The notes beneath the pieces were generated by a model that saw only the letters and a program-made list of their open reading frames with translations, had not been told where the DNA came from and searched no databases. The position numbers were made by a program, and so were the translations under genes. A stretch of DNA of 63,344 nucleotides, the filler included, from Dirinaria sp. TL-2023a (Eukaryota), in the NCBI GenBank assembly GCA_051941275.1. It is 5 parts of 5 records of this genome, joined end to end, with 100 filler letters (N's around TTAATTAATTAA, not from the genome) between each part and the next. Parts side by side here need not be neighbours in the genome. Positions count along the whole stretch, not along the records: positions 50,815 to 63,344 come from JAVEBF010000756.1; 4 more parts are not named here. The stretch is one strand, 5' to 3'. Positions 59,441 to 63,344 of the stretch are shown here, one piece after another. Each line of letters begins with the position of its first letter. The stretch's first letter is position 1.

Positions 59441-61190
59441 GGCGCTGATGGTTGTTTGGGTGAGTTGAATGATTCTAGGATTGAAATATTGATTGAGTGT
59501 GCTCTTTGGCTCCGCTTGCTGAAACTGGAAGTATCAAGATGATGGAGCGGCTGTCCGGCTTTATATATCTAAGAAAGGGGCCTCTGGACTATTATGCTCC
59601 ATGCTCCTACAACGACATCCGTCGAATGTAACAACGGCAGCGCCGCTCGTCAGCCCTGGTCACCGCACGTAAAGAATATGTACTGTAGAGCTTTGTGACT
59701 GCTTTGAGTCGACCCTGCATGACCCCCGCCAGCCACAAAAGATTGGAAAACTCGCAGGAAAGCGCAATCATAAGCTACAGCTGGTGTTGAACAACATTGC
59801 AATAATCGGATTTCGCCTCCATGTTTCGCCACGTCCATGTGATGTCCGCATGGATCAGCATTATTTTTATTTCTTTTTTTTTTTTGTTTTTTCACGTTTA
59901 CTTGCTCGCAGCCATGGCCGAAGCACAGAACGGACAGGACCAAGGCTCGTAGCACAATTCAAGCAGCGTAAGGTGACATAATCGAGATTGCATGACCGTT
60001 CAGGTACGACCGACACCCGGTAATACCGACAAACAGCTTCAATGGCAAAATGCAGCTGTAGCAGAATGTTGCCCAGTATGTACGTAGGTAGACGATTGGC
60101 CAACGAGCATGAAGTACTTAGCTTTCAAACAGAACCAGTATCCTTACGCGGGACGATGGGATGATGATCATGATCGCCAGGGAACCGATGAGCTAAAGTA
60201 TGAGAAAAGCCCCGAGGACTTCCGAGGACCCAAAAGGTCGGATTTGCCTACCGCAACTGACCTCTTGCAGGGACGATGCTGCACAAGTAAGCACGCCTTT
60301 CGCCGATGTTTCAAGGATGAAGTAGGGTTTTGGAGCGGGGATGGCGGTTATGAGGAAAGTATGAATCCTGTCTTGCTCAACGAAGAGATTCGTCGAATAA
60401 TTTCTCTGTAGCTCCACGCCAGGCTTCACAGCCGCCAAAGCGACTTGACTGCAAGTCGCCCTGGCACCATTTCTAACATGATCGATTGGACGAGCTAGAT
60501 AATTCAAAAAGCGTATCTGAAAAGTAAGGCCAGGTAGGTACTACCTCATGTAGGTACCTAAGTCACCTAAGGTAGACACTCGCGTCTTGGCGTAGTCGTA
60601 CATGCCGCTAAGGTACATTAGCCATACCTTACCTTACCTAACGTACAGTAGCTTTCGGCGGAGCCGATGGCGAGGATTCGAGCTTTCTCACTTCCAGCTT
60701 TCTCGGGCCGATCAGAGATGCAGCTTCATGTAAGATGAGAACAAGCGGCTTGACAGTAAGTGGAAGCTGCAAGCGGCTATGCTTAAACCACATCAGACGC
60801 ACGTTTCTTGTGGAGGATTGGTTCGCATAGAGAAGTTACAAAATTCAATGTCCAAACGGTTGCATAAAGTACTTTGTTTGGTGGACGCCCGAAACTTACC
60901 ATCACTAGCAAGAGGATAACTTGGACTTGGGAGTGGTCACATCGACTATTAAATGTGACCTTGCTCACCATGCTGGTTGACGAGTCGTCGCCAGATCATC
61001 TAACGTGCAGTCAACGCATCAACGATCTATCCTTGCTCCAATAAATAAGTGTAAAAGTGTTCCAGGCACCGTGGGCCAAGAACAGGAATCTGAACTTTTT
61101 CATACCACAAACAAACCACGCAACCGGTTCAGACGTTGATATTCAACTTTGGACCCTCACCGCCGACAGTTGGCTGTCTGGCTTATCAGC

Positions 61191-63100
61191 ATGACTCTGT
61201 TCACGCCCAACCTGCCCCAGGACCTGGGCTTACTGAACGTGAACGGCTTCAGCGCGAGGCAGATCTTGTTCTCAACATTGGTCTTGGCGCTATTCTTATG
61301 GTTTATTAAACCAGTCTTTAATTCCGGACTGCAAGCCATACCGGGCCCATTTCTTGCAAAGTTCTCCAATTTATGGCGTTTAATCGATACTTGGAAAGGC
61401 AGTCACCATGTTACCCTCATGAACCTTCACCGCCGACATGGCAACCTCGTTCGTGTAGGCCCGAATACTGTGAGCATTTCGAATGTGGATGCCATTGAGG
61501 GTATCTTCGGCGTCAAAACTGATTTCGTCAAAGTTCGTTCGACCCCTGAGAAAAGCCTCCTTCCCCTCTCTCCCGTCTTCGAATCTCCTCGGAAATTCCT
61601 TGTCCAGGTTTGCTATAACTTACACCTACTCTTCTATCATAGAGTGACATGTACACCATCATGGAGAGGCGACACAACGGCAAGACAGTGCCAACCATCG
61701 TCACAATCAAGGACCGAAAAGCCCACGCCGCTTTCAAAAGGCCCATTGCACCAGCTTTTGCCATGACAAACCTGACTAAGTACGGGCCTCTGGTGGATAA
61801 TATAATCCGGCAGTTGATTCTTCGTCTCGACCAACAATTCGCGTCCACAGGAGAAAGCTGTCCTATCGATGACTGGCTACAGTACTGTAAGCTTATGGCA
61901 GACGTAATCAGTCAGTGATAGGCAATCACAGACCTGACCAGGCTACAGTTTCGCTTGACGTAATCGGCTCCATGACATATAGTCGTTCTTTCTCCCTCCT
62001 CGCTGACGGCCGTGACACACACAATCTTCTTGCTACGCTCTACGACGAGTTCTTCTACATAACTCTCGTCGCGCAAATGCCTTGGCTGGACAAGGTTTTT
62101 CGCAAAAACCGGTTGATCGATCTCCTCCGCAAGGACCCCTCCAACGCCCTTGCAGTCCACGCCTTTAAGCTTCTCCAATCCCGTCTTGCTGCCTCGAAGA
62201 CCGAGCAAGAACAAGATTTCGTCTCCTATCTCCTCGACTACCAACAAGCCCACCCAGATCAACTTACCCCTGAACGCGTCTTCAGTCATACGATTGTCAA
62301 CGCAGTAGTCGGCGCCGACTCTACTTCTGTGGCACTCCGCGCCTGCATCTACTTCCTCTGCCGCCATCCGCATACCCTGGCCACGCTTCGCAATGAACTC
62401 GATGCCAATAACCATATCAACCTTCCACTCACGCCTGAATCCTTTCCAGTCATCACATGGAGCATGGCACAAAACCTGCCTTACCTGGATGCTGTCATCA
62501 AGGAAAGCCTTCGCCTACATCCACCAGGCGCTATCCAGTCCGAACGCATTGTGCCTACCGAGGGTCTGCGCGTTGGAGACGTCGACATCCCACCAGGGAC
62601 AATTGTGGGGATGAGCGGCTGGCTAACCCAGCGGCACGAGTCCATTTTCGGTTCGGACAGCAATGCCTTCCGTCCCGAACGCTGGCTGCCAGGAAAAGGC
62701 GAGACGGATTCGGACTGGCAAACTAGAACCAAGGCGATGAACAGGGCGATGATTGTTTTTGGGCACGGGCCGAGCGCGTGTTTAGGAGCAGGATTGGCGC
62801 GCTTTGAGATATACAAATGCGTGCCTGCTCTGGTCCAGGCTTTTGATGTATGCCGCCTCCCTCATCTCTCACCCTAACTTTATTTTTGTTGTGTTTTCTA
62901 CTTGACCCCTTCCCCTCTTTATTTCCCCATCTCCCTTTTGCATTCGCGATCAGGATGATATACTGATTTCAATGTGCGAAAAGATGGAGCTTGCCAAGCC
63001 GCACGAGGAATGGAAGGTCGAAAACATATTTTTCGCACGGCAGACCAATATGGACGTAAAATTGAAGCGGCGCAGACCAGGCGCAGAGATATCTCAGTAG
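61191..63100 (+). CDS. Cytochrome P450 monooxygenase (pisatin-demethylase-like group), 4 exons
   Basis: N-terminal TM + IPGPFLAKFS, VRVGPN, I-helix VGADST, ESLR (ExxR), FRPERW and heme motif FGHGPSACLG; last exon MELAKPHEEWKVENIFF...SQ*. Confidence 0.92.
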
Positions 63101-63309
63101 TAGCAAAATGGAAGGGAATATCGCGGAGTAAGTATAAAAGCAAGCTGAGACAAAGAAGAGTACTCCCGAAAACTAAGGTGGATTATGTAGCTAAAATGCG
63201 ATCAGGGCGGCGATTTGTTTTCCCGAGCTTTTTAACTCCAATTTACATTATGACGTTAATCCGTCCCATCTCTCGGGGGTAGTAGTCAAATTCTCTTCCA
63301 ACATCCATC

Positions 63310-63344
<35 letters not shown>

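Noticed and set aside
60109..60411. 100-aa ATG ORF between the SnoaL and P450 genes
   Set aside because: No domain, signal peptide or splice support; it cannot be distinguished from a chance ORF.
63311..63344. Terminal poly-A (also at 12729) as a retrocopy or LINE tail
   Set aside because: Homopolymer runs at contig ends are common assembly break points, and no adjacent RT or processed gene is visible.

Overview
Filamentous ascomycete (Pezizomycotina) genomic DNA with intron-containing genes; a lichen-forming Lecanoromycete is plausible but is inference only. The window is not one locus. It is five contigs of 12628, 12627, 12615, 12544 and 12530 bp in descending size order, joined by artificial 100-bp spacers (N44-TTAATTAATTAA-N44), so gene neighbourhoods only count within a segment. 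Segment 1: PTH11-like membrane protein, O-methyltransferase, and a HeLo-like/SesA + ankyrin protein. Segment 2: conserved core genes (hypothetical protein, cytochrome c, SDR, PRM1, Pro-rich protein). Segment 3: decayed repeat, a secreted aspartic protease, and the most interesting locus, a compact three-gene nitrogen-salvage cluster. That cluster encodes a triuret/biuret-hydrolase-like cysteine hydrolase fused by splicing to an allophanate-hydrolase-like amidase, a divergent NCS1 permease and a Dal81/TamA-like Zn2Cys6 regulator. Segment 4: MATE transporter, a caspase-fold-like His/Cys protein, a frameshifted UNC-93-like MFS gene and a truncated Ser/Thr-rich protein. Segment 5: two divergent RING genes, a CFEM-like PTH11 receptor, a small secreted protein, a SnoaL-like protein and a cytochrome P450. 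Exon structures were read by eye and family calls come from motif recognition, not database searches.
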